A stretch of 64,000 bases of DNA from an uncultured Paludibacter sp. (GTDB taxonomy: Bacteria > Bacteroidota > Bacteroidia > Bacteroidales > Paludibacteraceae). Positions 17,621-27,392 of this stretch are shown here, one piece after another. Location: contig CAYONE010000003.1 of NCBI GenBank assembly GCA_964405245.1, forward strand, positions 8,244 through 72,243. The letters run 5' to 3'. The translations under genes were made by a program, and so were the position numbers. Under the pieces are notes generated by a model. It did no database searches. It was given only the letters and a program-made list of their open reading frames with translations, and was not told where the DNA came from. Each line of letters starts with the position of its first letter. Position 1 is the stretch's first letter.

Positions 17621-19981
17621 TTACTTCATAAACTTCGTAGCCTGTCCGTCGATACGGATAATATAAACACCAGTGTTCAATTCTTTGGTATATGTACCCG
17701 ATGTTCTAACTTTCTCAATCAGCATACCGCTGGTAGTGTAAATCTCAACGGTAGAAGTACCTTCCAGTTCTATCTGAACTCCCTCGTAAGTGCGGAGAAT
17801 GCGGGCGGAAAGTGTTGGAGTTGCAACATCGGTTGTGATTCCAAATTTTGGTATCAAGTCATTCATCACAGGTGCAATAGCCCAACGATTACTGATAGGT
17901 AATCCATCAACGCCAACTTCCCAGTTATCAGGTGCAACTACGTTTGTATAATATTTATATTCAGTGTTTGCAGGGAATTTATCGCCCGGATTACCACCTA
18001 AAGTAACAGAATAACTCACTGCATTTGTTTCACTTTTCACTTTTTCCATTTCGTCTGTTCCTTTTACAGTTGAAGGAGGTGTTACCTGTGTCATTTCAAT
18101 ACCTGTAGCCCAATCATCCCAGCTACCTTTTACCCAAAGATTTGCAACCTGTGGAGTAGGCGTAGCATTAAGTGTAATTTTGTTAACTCTGTACCAAACA
18201 GGCACATTATCTGCAGGATTATAAGCCCTGTTGCTTGACATTGTTGGTGGAAATATATCATTAAAGACTCCTTCCTGGTAGTCCCAATCACCTGTTTCAC
18301 AAAGATATTTGTATTCAACTCCGGTTACACACGGCAGAATTTCAGTAAATTCATTAGGATTTGCAGTTTTTATTAACTGGAATGGATTTGCAACATCCCA
18401 GAACTTTCCCGTAAAATCACCTGCTACATAAACTTTTTCAGTTCCGTTAGGCACTGTAACAGTAAATTGTTTAGCTACGGCAGTCATATCTGATGCTTGA
18501 TTTGCACCTTTATAGGTTAATGCTGTACGCAAATTACCATCGATATCTGTGGTAACCGTAGCAATAAGTGGTGCTGCAAGATTAACATCGTTAACAGAAG
18601 CATCTTTAAGATGTAAATCACCTACAGGTGCATCAGCAAAGGTAACAGGTACAGATTTAGAGAATTTATCATAATTGAATCCCGCTGTTTGCCAGTCGGC
18701 TAAGGTTTTTCTTGCTGTACTGGTAACATAACCAATATTTGCTGTTGCTCCAGAAACATACAAATTATTATAGTCAGACGTGAGAGTACCATTTGATTTC
18801 CAAATACAATATGCATTTGCAGCATCTGTTTCGTTTATTATAATATTGTTGTTCAGATTTACTTTAGCTGCGCTGCCACTAATATGAATACAGGAACGTT
18901 CGACGTTCTGATTAGTTAAACTTGGATAATAAAAAGTATTATTATTTACATTATATGTTCCATTATCTTGTAAATACATTAATGATATAACACTTGGAGC
19001 TCCAGTACCGGTTGCGGCAAGTGTTCCTCCTATAAAATTATTATAAACATTTGTAGTAGCTCCGCTTTGAGCCGAAAGAAAGCTAAAACCAAAAATACCT
19101 GATGTTGCAGTATTATTGGTAGTTATAACAGGCATTTTATTATTAAAAACATTTAGAGTCCCAGCCCAAGCATTTCCCATAATTGTATAGGTAGTATTAG
19201 CATTATTACCACCATAAGTATAAATAGTATTACCTGAAACTTCACTTGTTGTACCTGTAGTTCCTACATAATAAAGATAAATTGGACGTATTCTACCATA
19301 AAGTTTGTTGTTTTTAATATTAACATTTGAACAAAAAATTGAACCTGTAGAATATCCTGTAGCTGAGACTGAATAATATGGTGTAAGTGTTTCATTACCG
19401 ATAATACAGTTTTCAGCAGAAAAGTTATCGCACACTCCAGAACCTTGTCCATTTAGATAAATTCCTCTAGTTGAATTTGCAGTACTCATAGGCGAAGAAT
19501 ACATGATTTTCAAGTTCTTAACAGCAGAATTATCACAGTTACCATAAAACTGTATAATATTTCTTCCATTTGTAGCATCATTCATCAAAAAAGTCAAGTC
19601 TTGAGTAGTTCCACCATTAGTATTTGAACCATCAATTATAACGTAACTTGTATTTTCAACTGCAAAACCAGAATACTGTGTAGATCCTGATGCAGTCGTA
19701 CATCCACTAAATGTTATTATTGGAGTAAGTGTTGCAGCAGGCTTTATTGTAATAATATAGCTTGGATTTGCTACAGCAATTTTAACAGATGATGTTTCAG
19801 AAATATCAGAAACAATTTGAAATAAAACATCTCCATTAATACCAACTGTATTAAGATTATCAGCTGCAGCTTTTAAAGTTGCATAAGTTCCTCCGGTACC
19901 TACAGTATATGTTCCGGACATTTGTGCCAATGAAAACATTCCAGTTAACAAAAAGGCAAATAAAAAAGTAATTTTTTTCAT
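17621..19981 (-). CDS. T9SS-secreted protein: N-terminal beta-helix, two CBM20/CBM48-like modules, CTD
   Basis: Signal peptide, then QMSGTYTVGTGGTYATLKAA. Asn-rich beta-helix ending SDYNNLY..TLADWQ..DLHL..TDIDG. FTVTVPNGTEKVYVAGDF..W..EYKY and WVKGSWDDW..EYKYY modules. CTD GVYIIRIDGQATKFMK. Confidence 0.8.
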   Translation of the reverse strand: MKKITFLFAFLLTGMFSLAQMSGTYTVGTGGTYATLKAAADNLNTVGINGDVLFQIVSDISETSSVKIAVANPSYIITIKPAATLTPIITFSGCTTASGSTQYSGFAVENTSYVIIDGSNTNGGTTQDLTFLMNDATNGRNIIQFYGNCDNSAVKNLKIMYSSPMSTANSTRGIYLNGQGSGVCDNFSAENCIIGNETLTPYYSVSATGYSTGSIFCSNVNIKNNKLYGRIRPIYLYYVGTTGTTSEVSGNTIYTYGGNNANTTYTIMGNAWAGTLNVFNNKMPVITTNNTATSGIFGFSFLSAQSGATTNVYNNFIGGTLAATGTGAPSVISLMYLQDNGTYNVNNNTFYYPSLTNQNVERSCIHISGSAAKVNLNNNIIINETDAANAYCIWKSNGTLTSDYNNLYVSGATANIGYVTSTARKTLADWQTAGFNYDKFSKSVPVTFADAPVGDLHLKDASVNDVNLAAPLIATVTTDIDGNLRTALTYKGANQASDMTAVAKQFTVTVPNGTEKVYVAGDFTGKFWDVANPFQLIKTANPNEFTEILPCVTGVEYKYLCETGDWDYQEGVFNDIFPPTMSSNRAYNPADNVPVWYRVNKITLNATPTPQVANLWVKGSWDDWATGIEMTQVTPPSTVKGTDEMEKVKSETNAVSYSVTLGGNPGDKFPANTEYKYYTNVVAPDNWEVGVDGLPISNRWAIAPVMNDLIPKFGITTDVATPTLSARILRTYEGVQIELEGTSTVEIYTTSGMLIEKVRTSGTYTKELNTGVYIIRIDGQATKFMK

Positions 19982-20031
19982 GATACTAATAATTTTAAAT
20001 TATTGATAATAATATATTTGATTTTTTACAG

Positions 20032-20070
20032 AAAAAAAAGCAGAAATCCCGTGATAAGCGGGAATTCTGC
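20032..20070 (-). terminator. Terminator of the 20087-21928 gene
   Basis: A8-gcagaaatcccg..cgggaattctgc hairpin. Confidence 0.75.
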
Positions 20071-20086
20071 CCTGGAAAAAAATGAT

Positions 20087-21928
20087 TTACTTAATAAATT
20101 TTGTAGCCTGTCCGTTGATGCGGATAATATAGACACCATTTTTCAGTATGCGGCTATAGCTTCCATTGCTTATGGTTTTTTCTATCAAAACACCGTTTGT
20201 TGTAAAGATTTCGATGGTTGCCTGTGCTTCAGTTTCTATTTGAACACCCGTGTTTGTACACATAATACTTGCTGACCGGATTGCATTTTCTATTCCTGTA
20301 GTATTATCAAATCGTGGAATGTAATCGTTCATAACAGGAGCTATTGACCAACGGTTTTCTCTATGTGTACCATCTTCATTCACTTCCCAGTTTTCAGGCG
20401 ATAGAACATTTGTGTAATATTTATATTGTGTGTTTGCTGGTAATTTATCACCAGGATTTCCACCTATTGTTGCAGTATAAATTATACCTGTAGGGTTAGG
20501 AGCTTTTAAGCCTTTCGTCATAGCACCGCCTCCATAAGGTGTCATTTCAATTGGAGTCGTCCATCCATCCCAGCTACCTTTTACAAATAGATTTGTTACC
20601 TGAGCTTTTGGTGCAACCATAAAAGTAACTTTATTTACTCTGTACCATACAGGCACTTCATCTGTAACTTTGTAAGTTCGGTTTGAACTTTGCTTTGGAT
20701 CATTAGCACCATCGAATTCACCTTCCTGATAATCCCAATCCTTGCCACAGAGATATTTATATTGAATATCGTCACTACAAGGGAAAGTACCTGTAAATTC
20801 ATTCGGATTTGCTGTAGGCATTAATTCATACGGGTCGGAGTTAGCATCCCAGTTTTTTTCGGTAAAACTACCGGCAATATAAACCTTTTCAGTACCGTTA
20901 GGAACGGTTACTGTAAAGGTTTTCTTTGGCAGTACAGTTATCTTGTAAGCTGCAATTCCGTTATTTGGTGCAAGCAAAAAAACTCTTAATTCTGTATCGC
21001 TAATTTTTTCAGTTACTATAGTAGTCTTAACTGTAGCATTAGCTGTAGCGCCAAGAACTGCTGAAGTAATAGTAAGTTTTTTTGCGTTGGCAATACCTGA
21101 ATTTATATCATAAAACGTCATTCCTCCAAATCTGCCATCAGTTCTGATAAAGTATTTATTGCCTTCAAGTTCAAAAGTTGCCATCCCTGTTGCAGCAGCA
21201 GCACCTTGAGCTGGAAGAACGCCTGATTTAAATTGAGTAATGGTACCATCCATTTTAAATAATTCGGGATTCGTATTTGCACTCATTGCATAGTAATACT
21301 CGTTATCGACAGGAATTAACATTGAAGAAGAACCAAATGCCGTAGGACGCGCGATAACTGAGAATACATCAGGACTCACTGCTCCGTTAGCAACATCCCA
21401 TTTATAAGTATTAAAACCTCCTGCACCAGCCGAAGGGCAAGTCGATGCTATTATGTAACCGTTACCAGTAGCAGAAAAATCGCCAAAGGTTGAAAAATAA
21501 TCAAAACGCCCTATGCCCGTTGCAGGTAGTTTTTCTAGTAGTTGGGTCGTTACACCGGTAGAAGTATTGATTTTCGATATCTTTAAAGTAGCACCAGCGT
21601 AAGAACCTCCCAGTAACTGACCATCTTCGGTTACAGCAAGGCAGTTACTTCCCGGCAAATATCCGCTTAATGCCAGATTTGTTGGTGTAGCCACTTCAGT
21701 TGCAATATTTGCAGCATTGGGATCGATGATTTTAATAGCAGACGCTGTGCGCACCATTACATACAATTTCCCATCTTTCATTACCATCGAACGGCAATCA
21801 TCAGTTGCCATCCATGGTGGTTTTGTACTTTGTCCGGTCGAGAATTCCCATAACTTTTCAATTGCAAGTTGTGGGAACACTGAGCCAGCAAATAAAATTA
21901 ATGATAATAATAAAGTAATTTTCTTCAT
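20087..21928 (-). CDS. T9SS-secreted protein: N-terminal beta-propeller-like domain, two CBM20/CBM48-like modules, CTD
   Basis: Signal peptide; C-terminal ~280 aa clearly paralogous to 17621-18472; CTD GVYIIRINGQATKFIK. Confidence 0.8.
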   Translation of the reverse strand: MKKITLLLSLILFAGSVFPQLAIEKLWEFSTGQSTKPPWMATDDCRSMVMKDGKLYVMVRTASAIKIIDPNAANIATEVATPTNLALSGYLPGSNCLAVTEDGQLLGGSYAGATLKISKINTSTGVTTQLLEKLPATGIGRFDYFSTFGDFSATGNGYIIASTCPSAGAGGFNTYKWDVANGAVSPDVFSVIARPTAFGSSSMLIPVDNEYYYAMSANTNPELFKMDGTITQFKSGVLPAQGAAAATGMATFELEGNKYFIRTDGRFGGMTFYDINSGIANAKKLTITSAVLGATANATVKTTIVTEKISDTELRVFLLAPNNGIAAYKITVLPKKTFTVTVPNGTEKVYIAGSFTEKNWDANSDPYELMPTANPNEFTGTFPCSDDIQYKYLCGKDWDYQEGEFDGANDPKQSSNRTYKVTDEVPVWYRVNKVTFMVAPKAQVTNLFVKGSWDGWTTPIEMTPYGGGAMTKGLKAPNPTGIIYTATIGGNPGDKLPANTQYKYYTNVLSPENWEVNEDGTHRENRWSIAPVMNDYIPRFDNTTGIENAIRSASIMCTNTGVQIETEAQATIEIFTTNGVLIEKTISNGSYSRILKNGVYIIRINGQATKFIK

Positions 21929-22213
21929 AACAATTTTATTTTTAAAAAGTGAATTAGTATAGTTTACGAAAAAATTAGCGTGTAAATTTAATGAATTAAA
22001 AATTAATAATTATTCAGAATTTTATGTTTTAAAGCAATTATTTTGCTCTTTATTGACATAATCGAAAAAAACTATAATTAAAACATGCTTTTCAAGATTA
22101 TGTTCAGCAAATAAATTGATAAATCATTTTTTAGTTAAACTGCTTTGAGCACACATATGTGCGCTTATACAAAATTCCAATTTTTAGTTTGAAATATTGA
22201 TTTCCTGTATTTA

Positions 22214-22258
22214 TTTAAGGCTGTCTCAATCGCATTTATTGAGACAGCCTTAAAAAAA
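22214..22258. terminator. Terminator downstream of the amidase gene
   Basis: tttaaggctgtctcaat-N7-attgagacagccttaaa perfect inverted repeat. Confidence 0.75.
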
Positions 22259-22260
22259 CA

Positions 22261-25200
22261 TTATTTTTTAATTAATCTGATACTCTCAATACCGCTTTCA
22301 GTTTTTGCTTTCAGAATATAAACTCCGGGCTGCAAGTGACCGACACTTACACTGTAACTTACCTGAGAGGGAATTTCAGCAATAATCAACTGACCTTTCA
22401 AATCGTAAACTTGCACTGATTGTAATTCTTTGCCCGACGATTCGATTGTAATTTCATCAGTTGCCGGATTTGGATAAACTTTAATGACATCAAGATTGAT
22501 TTCGGGTTTATTAATACCTGTGGTTATTACTAAAATTTGGTCAGATTTTGCCGGTGTGGTAAACCGGTTTTCGGCTTTTGGCAATGCCCACACTCCAAGT
22601 CGTTTATCGGAATAAGAAACTGCATAAACATTTCCTGCTCTATCAAAAGAAACACCTGTTGTATAAAGTCCGAGGGCAGGCTTAATGGAATGCAGTCTTT
22701 TTAAAGCCGGAATACCGGCTTCGGTAAATGTAACTTCGAAAATTTTAAGCTCATTATCGCAACCCATTGCCAATCGCGAACCATCGTGATTTACAGCCAT
22801 ACCTCCACGATGCGAATTACCAATTAAATCAGGCGTATTTCCTGAATTAAAATCAACTGTTCCTGCCGTATTCACATGAATCAACGAAGGAATTGTTGCA
22901 GCATCGGCATTTCTGTACTGCGAAATCCACCAACCTCCCCGCCCATCGGGAGCAATGCATGAATTAAAGTTTTGTTGCAGATTTCCATTGGCGGCATCGT
23001 TATAAACTACAATTGGTTCCGACTGATATGGAGTTTGTAGTGTTCCGATATTATATTGCAATAAATTACCTGCACTTGTTGCTGTGGCATTGGTATAATC
23101 TTCATCAAAGGTAAATAAACGTCTTTCTTCGCCTTTACCCGTTGAGTATATATGCGAAATAGAACCATGTATATTCACACCGTTGAATGATGAAAGCCCG
23201 GAAGAAGCTTTTGTAAGTCCATCAAAAACCGGTACAAAAGGAGCTGATGGATTTGCAGGATTCATAATCCAGACACCGGGATGAGCATCGCTCCAGTCGC
23301 ATACAAATACATTTCCATCTTCGCCAACCGAAACACGGAAAGGACTGCTATTACTGGTTGTTCCCCATGCTACACTCCCATTATAAGGAGTTGCACCTTG
23401 TCCTGTAATATCGGCAAGTGCAGCATCGAGTATATAAATTCCATCCTGAGTACTTCTTCCCGGTAATGTTCCGGCAGCAGATTCGGATACATATACTCTG
23501 CCAAAGAACGGACTATCAAGATTATTATCAACAGACACTCCATAAGGATAATTAAACTGCATTAGCGGATTTGCATTGTCTGAAATTTTAAGCGGTCGGT
23601 CAATCGACTCTGTAGTTGTTGTTACCGACCAGGAATAATATCCAGCGTGCAGATCATCAAAATTTGCATTTATCGAATGATTTCCTTTTCCAAGCGCTCC
23701 CGCCGGTATTACTTTAACAATAGCATCATCTTTAATAATATTGATGTCAACATTGGAGGCATTCTCGTTCAGGGTGAATTTTAATTTATGTGTACCTTCA
23801 GAAATATCTACGTTCAGTGCGGAAGCATAAATATTGGCCTTGGCGTCAGGAGCTTGATTACGATAACGACCAATTCCCTGATTTTGAGCCAACACCAATA
23901 AATCAATATCGTAACCACTCACTTTTACACCTGCCATCATATAAGTTGCTTTAGGCTCGCCAAGTCCGGATTCTTTCATTTTTGAAGATATTTTCACCGC
24001 GTTTTGAAGTCCATCAGTAACATCAAACATTACCACTCCTACCTGCGACGAATCGGCATTACAAACCGGCGAAGCCATGAATACGCGTTTTGCATTGCGG
24101 AAAAAATTACTGCCTGAAGCCACATTTTCAAGATTATAACCTGATTTTTCGGCAAATATTCCTTTCAGCACCAATGGATCACGGTCAGGTTTTCCCCAGT
24201 CGAACTGATATTCGCGCGGTTTCAATTTATCACTGTCGATAATAATATGGTCGCCGGAAGATGGAGAAACTACGAATTTAGGTTTTGTTCCCCATAAAGC
24301 TTCGGTGTAATCTGTAGCATTCATCATGTATTTGTAACCAACTGCCGAAATTCCTTCCTCATACTGTAAACCTACAATACGTATTTGTTTAGACGAACCG
24401 GATGTAACCGAAGTTGTATGAATCCGGCATTTCCAGCGCGGGCCACTTACGGCAAAAGTTTCGCCCATAATGCCATTCGCCCAATTCCCCTGACTTTGGG
24501 TTTGGAAAAGCAGTTTTGGCGCTACTGAATCATTATCCCATGTATATACCTTGAAATAGCGGTTTTTTAGTTCGGGTAAACTTACGGTATCTTTATTACA
24601 ACCCAACAAATAACCATCGGAAGTAAAAGCAATATCACTGAGAGAAATTAATCCTCCTGAAATTCCGGTCAAATCCATCTCCCTTATTTTCTGAAAAGTA
24701 CTGGCATTGACAATAATAATTTTTGGAGTTTCAGTTAAAACATACAGTTTTTCATTGCGGTAAATAGCTTTACGTATTTGAGCTTCGCTCAGCCAATCGG
24801 GTGAAGAAGTAGGACTTTCAGTAAAACGATAATTTTTTAACGGAGCTATTCCGGCTTCCTGCAATGGTTCAGGATAATCGGGTGTCGTATCTTTGGGTAT
24901 TACAATATTTTCGTTTACCAGATACATTTTTGCATAAGTAGTTACAGCTGCCAAAACTGTAACCATTGTATCTTTTGTAGTGTGGTCTTTAGATGTTAGT
25001 CTGAGTTTGTAAGTCCCTGGATTCAGGTTGTGAAATGCAAAAATACCATTGTAAAGTGAATCAACCCTGTAAAAATTCAGCGAATCGCCGGCAGCATTCA
25101 TCAATTTTACACCCGCGCCATTTAAAGGTAGCCATCGGTCGTGCGTACCTGCTTTGTATGTAAATCGCGGATGATTAATGGTTTCATCTTTGCCTTTTAC

Positions 25201-25938
25201 AAAACCTGCAATCACACCTTTGGATGAATGTTGAGCACTGAAATAATCGCAGAAATAACGATAAAAACTGGTTGCTTCAAGTTTGCGGTAATCCTCGTTC
25301 AACAACCGGTGCGTTTCGGGTTGATAATCGTGAAACGAACCTTCACTGAGAAAACCGGCTACAGTTAAGGGACGCAAAACTCCCAAACCTGAAGTGTTTC
25401 CATAAAACGAAAAATCGCCACGTATATTTGTAGTTGTTGTATAATGAGTCCATACAGTAAGCTGATTTGAAATAAGTCTGGGCCATGCAGCTGTTGCCAT
25501 CGGTAAACTTTGTACTACAGTTGGTTCGTTATCGTACCCATGATAAAGCATTAGCAAATAATTTGTTCCGGTATTTGTTCCAAGAGCATTGCTATGAATT
25601 GAAAGAAATGCGTCCACATTATTTGCATTAGCTTCTTCGGCAATTTCGGAAAGCGGGCGGTCGTCTTCTTCACGATTTAATATACGCGACATGTAAACTG
25701 TAGCGTTGGAAGCTTGAAGCATATCACGTAAGGCTAATCCTTTGCGCAAATTACTGTACGATTCCCAAAAACCAAGCGTATCGCCCAATTCATAATTTAT
25801 GGTTATCAAATTTCGGTCATTAGCGCCATTATAACCCCCATGACCGGGATTTATATAAATTTTCACGCCTGTAAAATCAGCAGCATTGGCGCCTGTAAAT
25901 ATCAACAAACCAAGGATGATTATATTTATTTTTTTCAT
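22261..25938 (-). CDS. T9SS-secreted N-acetylmuramoyl-L-alanine amidase (Amidase_3) with Ig and propeller-like accessory domains and CTD
   Basis: Zn-amidase motifs IYINPGHGG, WE, FLSIHSNA and LSEGSFH. Signal peptide MKKINIIILGLLIFTGANA. Textbook CTD VYPNPATD..VYDLKGQ..PGVYILK..RLIKK. Alternative start at 25953 via TAATG overlap. Confidence 0.9.
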   Translation of the reverse strand: MKKINIIILGLLIFTGANAADFTGVKIYINPGHGGYNGANDRNLITINYELGDTLGFWESYSNLRKGLALRDMLQASNATVYMSRILNREEDDRPLSEIAEEANANNVDAFLSIHSNALGTNTGTNYLLMLYHGYDNEPTVVQSLPMATAAWPRLISNQLTVWTHYTTTTNIRGDFSFYGNTSGLGVLRPLTVAGFLSEGSFHDYQPETHRLLNEDYRKLEATSFYRYFCDYFSAQHSSKGVIAGFVKGKDETINHPRFTYKAGTHDRWLPLNGAGVKLMNAAGDSLNFYRVDSLYNGIFAFHNLNPGTYKLRLTSKDHTTKDTMVTVLAAVTTYAKMYLVNENIVIPKDTTPDYPEPLQEAGIAPLKNYRFTESPTSSPDWLSEAQIRKAIYRNEKLYVLTETPKIIIVNASTFQKIREMDLTGISGGLISLSDIAFTSDGYLLGCNKDTVSLPELKNRYFKVYTWDNDSVAPKLLFQTQSQGNWANGIMGETFAVSGPRWKCRIHTTSVTSGSSKQIRIVGLQYEEGISAVGYKYMMNATDYTEALWGTKPKFVVSPSSGDHIIIDSDKLKPREYQFDWGKPDRDPLVLKGIFAEKSGYNLENVASGSNFFRNAKRVFMASPVCNADSSQVGVVMFDVTDGLQNAVKISSKMKESGLGEPKATYMMAGVKVSGYDIDLLVLAQNQGIGRYRNQAPDAKANIYASALNVDISEGTHKLKFTLNENASNVDINIIKDDAIVKVIPAGALGKGNHSINANFDDLHAGYYSWSVTTTTESIDRPLKISDNANPLMQFNYPYGVSVDNNLDSPFFGRVYVSESAAGTLPGRSTQDGIYILDAALADITGQGATPYNGSVAWGTTSNSSPFRVSVGEDGNVFVCDWSDAHPGVWIMNPANPSAPFVPVFDGLTKASSGLSSFNGVNIHGSISHIYSTGKGEERRLFTFDEDYTNATATSAGNLLQYNIGTLQTPYQSEPIVVYNDAANGNLQQNFNSCIAPDGRGGWWISQYRNADAATIPSLIHVNTAGTVDFNSGNTPDLIGNSHRGGMAVNHDGSRLAMGCDNELKIFEVTFTEAGIPALKRLHSIKPALGLYTTGVSFDRAGNVYAVSYSDKRLGVWALPKAENRFTTPAKSDQILVITTGINKPEINLDVIKVYPNPATDEITIESSGKELQSVQVYDLKGQLIIAEIPSQVSYSVSVGHLQPGVYILKAKTESGIESIRLIKK

Positions 25939-25952
25939 GATTTTTCCTCCCA

Positions 25953-26924
25953 TTATTTAATGTTAATATTCAGAATAAAAAGCTGTCCTTCGTTGTTGCT
26001 GTAAGCAATTTTTCGCCCATCACCTGATGGATCGGGATAAATAGCTTTGTCCGTAGCGAGTATTTTACGGTTTTTACCATCAACGCTTACAACTATTAAT
26101 TCGGAAGAAATGAGCTCCTGACCGAAATATTTATCGTCCATTCCAATTACAAAATTATTGTTCAACCATTTTGGAGCGCTCAATTTCCCGAGTGATAGAA
26201 TATTCTTTCCATCGATAGTATAAACAAAAGTTCCCTTGCCGGCAACCGTATAAACAATTTTTGTTCCATCGGGCGAAAACGAAGGCCAGATATAACTTTC
26301 CGACTCACCATTGGGTGTAAGTACGTAGCGATTACTTTGGTTATAAATAACCATTTTGCTATCTTCAATTTGTATAAGAGGTTTAAGTTTCGACAGAGTT
26401 ACCGATTTTCGGTTCAGTTTAGCACTTTTTACAAAAAACGGGTCATTGCCCGAAAATGCAGGAGTAAAAGTTTCCCGGGTTGGCGAAATCAATTCACTTA
26501 AAGCGCCATTTGTTAGCGTCATTTGTTTGAGTGCGGTAAATTTTCTATTATTAATTAACTGTACTTCGCGATACATTACCGAAGTACCATCGGCGCTAAT
26601 AACAACTCTATAACCTGCACCCTGAGCATCAGTTAGTTTTGATATTTTTCCATCGTCAAGCTTAATTTGTTTAAGTCCTTTATAATTCATATCAGTACAT
26701 AGCAGATAATCGGATGTCGGACTGAATACGGGATGAAAATATCCACCTTCGGTTGTGGAACTAATTTTTTCTGTTGATACAACTTCAACTTCTTGCGCTG
26801 TAACTATTTGAAAGGAAATAAGAGCTAAGAAAAGTAATACAAGTTTGAAATTCACAAAAAGAGTTGAATTTGAAAATGCCTTACACTTAAAACTCCAAAT
26901 TAGTGCGGGTAATTTTTTTTTCAT
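25953..26924 (-). CDS. TolB/PD40-like beta-propeller exported protein, no CTD
   Basis: Repeats HPVFSPTSD, ISADG, WPSFSPDGTKIVY, APKW, PDPSGDGRKIAY. Hydrophobic signal ending VTA/QE. Start moved to MKKKLP. Confidence 0.8.
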   Translation of the reverse strand: MKKKLPALIWSFKCKAFSNSTLFVNFKLVLLFLALISFQIVTAQEVEVVSTEKISSTTEGGYFHPVFSPTSDYLLCTDMNYKGLKQIKLDDGKISKLTDAQGAGYRVVISADGTSVMYREVQLINNRKFTALKQMTLTNGALSELISPTRETFTPAFSGNDPFFVKSAKLNRKSVTLSKLKPLIQIEDSKMVIYNQSNRYVLTPNGESESYIWPSFSPDGTKIVYTVAGKGTFVYTIDGKNILSLGKLSAPKWLNNNFVIGMDDKYFGQELISSELIVVSVDGKNRKILATDKAIYPDPSGDGRKIAYSNNEGQLFILNINIK

Positions 26925-27392
26925 GGTATTTGTTTTTTTGAATTTATGTAAAAAATATATCAAACTAAAAAATGAGAATAATATGAATAAATATTGATTT
27001 TAAGCGCGGTAAATGTAGTAATATTTTTTAAAAAAATGTATAAAATCATAAGAAAAATCATTTCTCAAAAGTTAATAACCAAAGTAACAAAAATTGTAAT
27101 CTCATAAGTTTACCCTTCACTCAACCATAAAAAAATAAATAACAACAAACAATTCACAAATCTTATAATCAACTTATTTGAAAAGCTTGTATATCTGACT
27201 CATATCTAATATAATAAATTTATTTACAACTATGAAATCATAAAAATTATTGATTCAACGGTAACTAAAACGAAAAATCGATTATATTTTGTAAAATTAG
27301 GACCCATTTAACTATCAATATGTTTGTTAATATGCAATAAAAATTTTAATTTTACAGCCGAAACAATAAAACTACTAAACATTTAAGATTTT

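Noticed and set aside
17621..20926. Duplicated C-terminal blocks as a DGR template/variable repeat pair
   Set aside because: No reverse transcriptase in the window. Both copies are coding, and differences include indels and many synonymous changes rather than adenine-specific substitutions.
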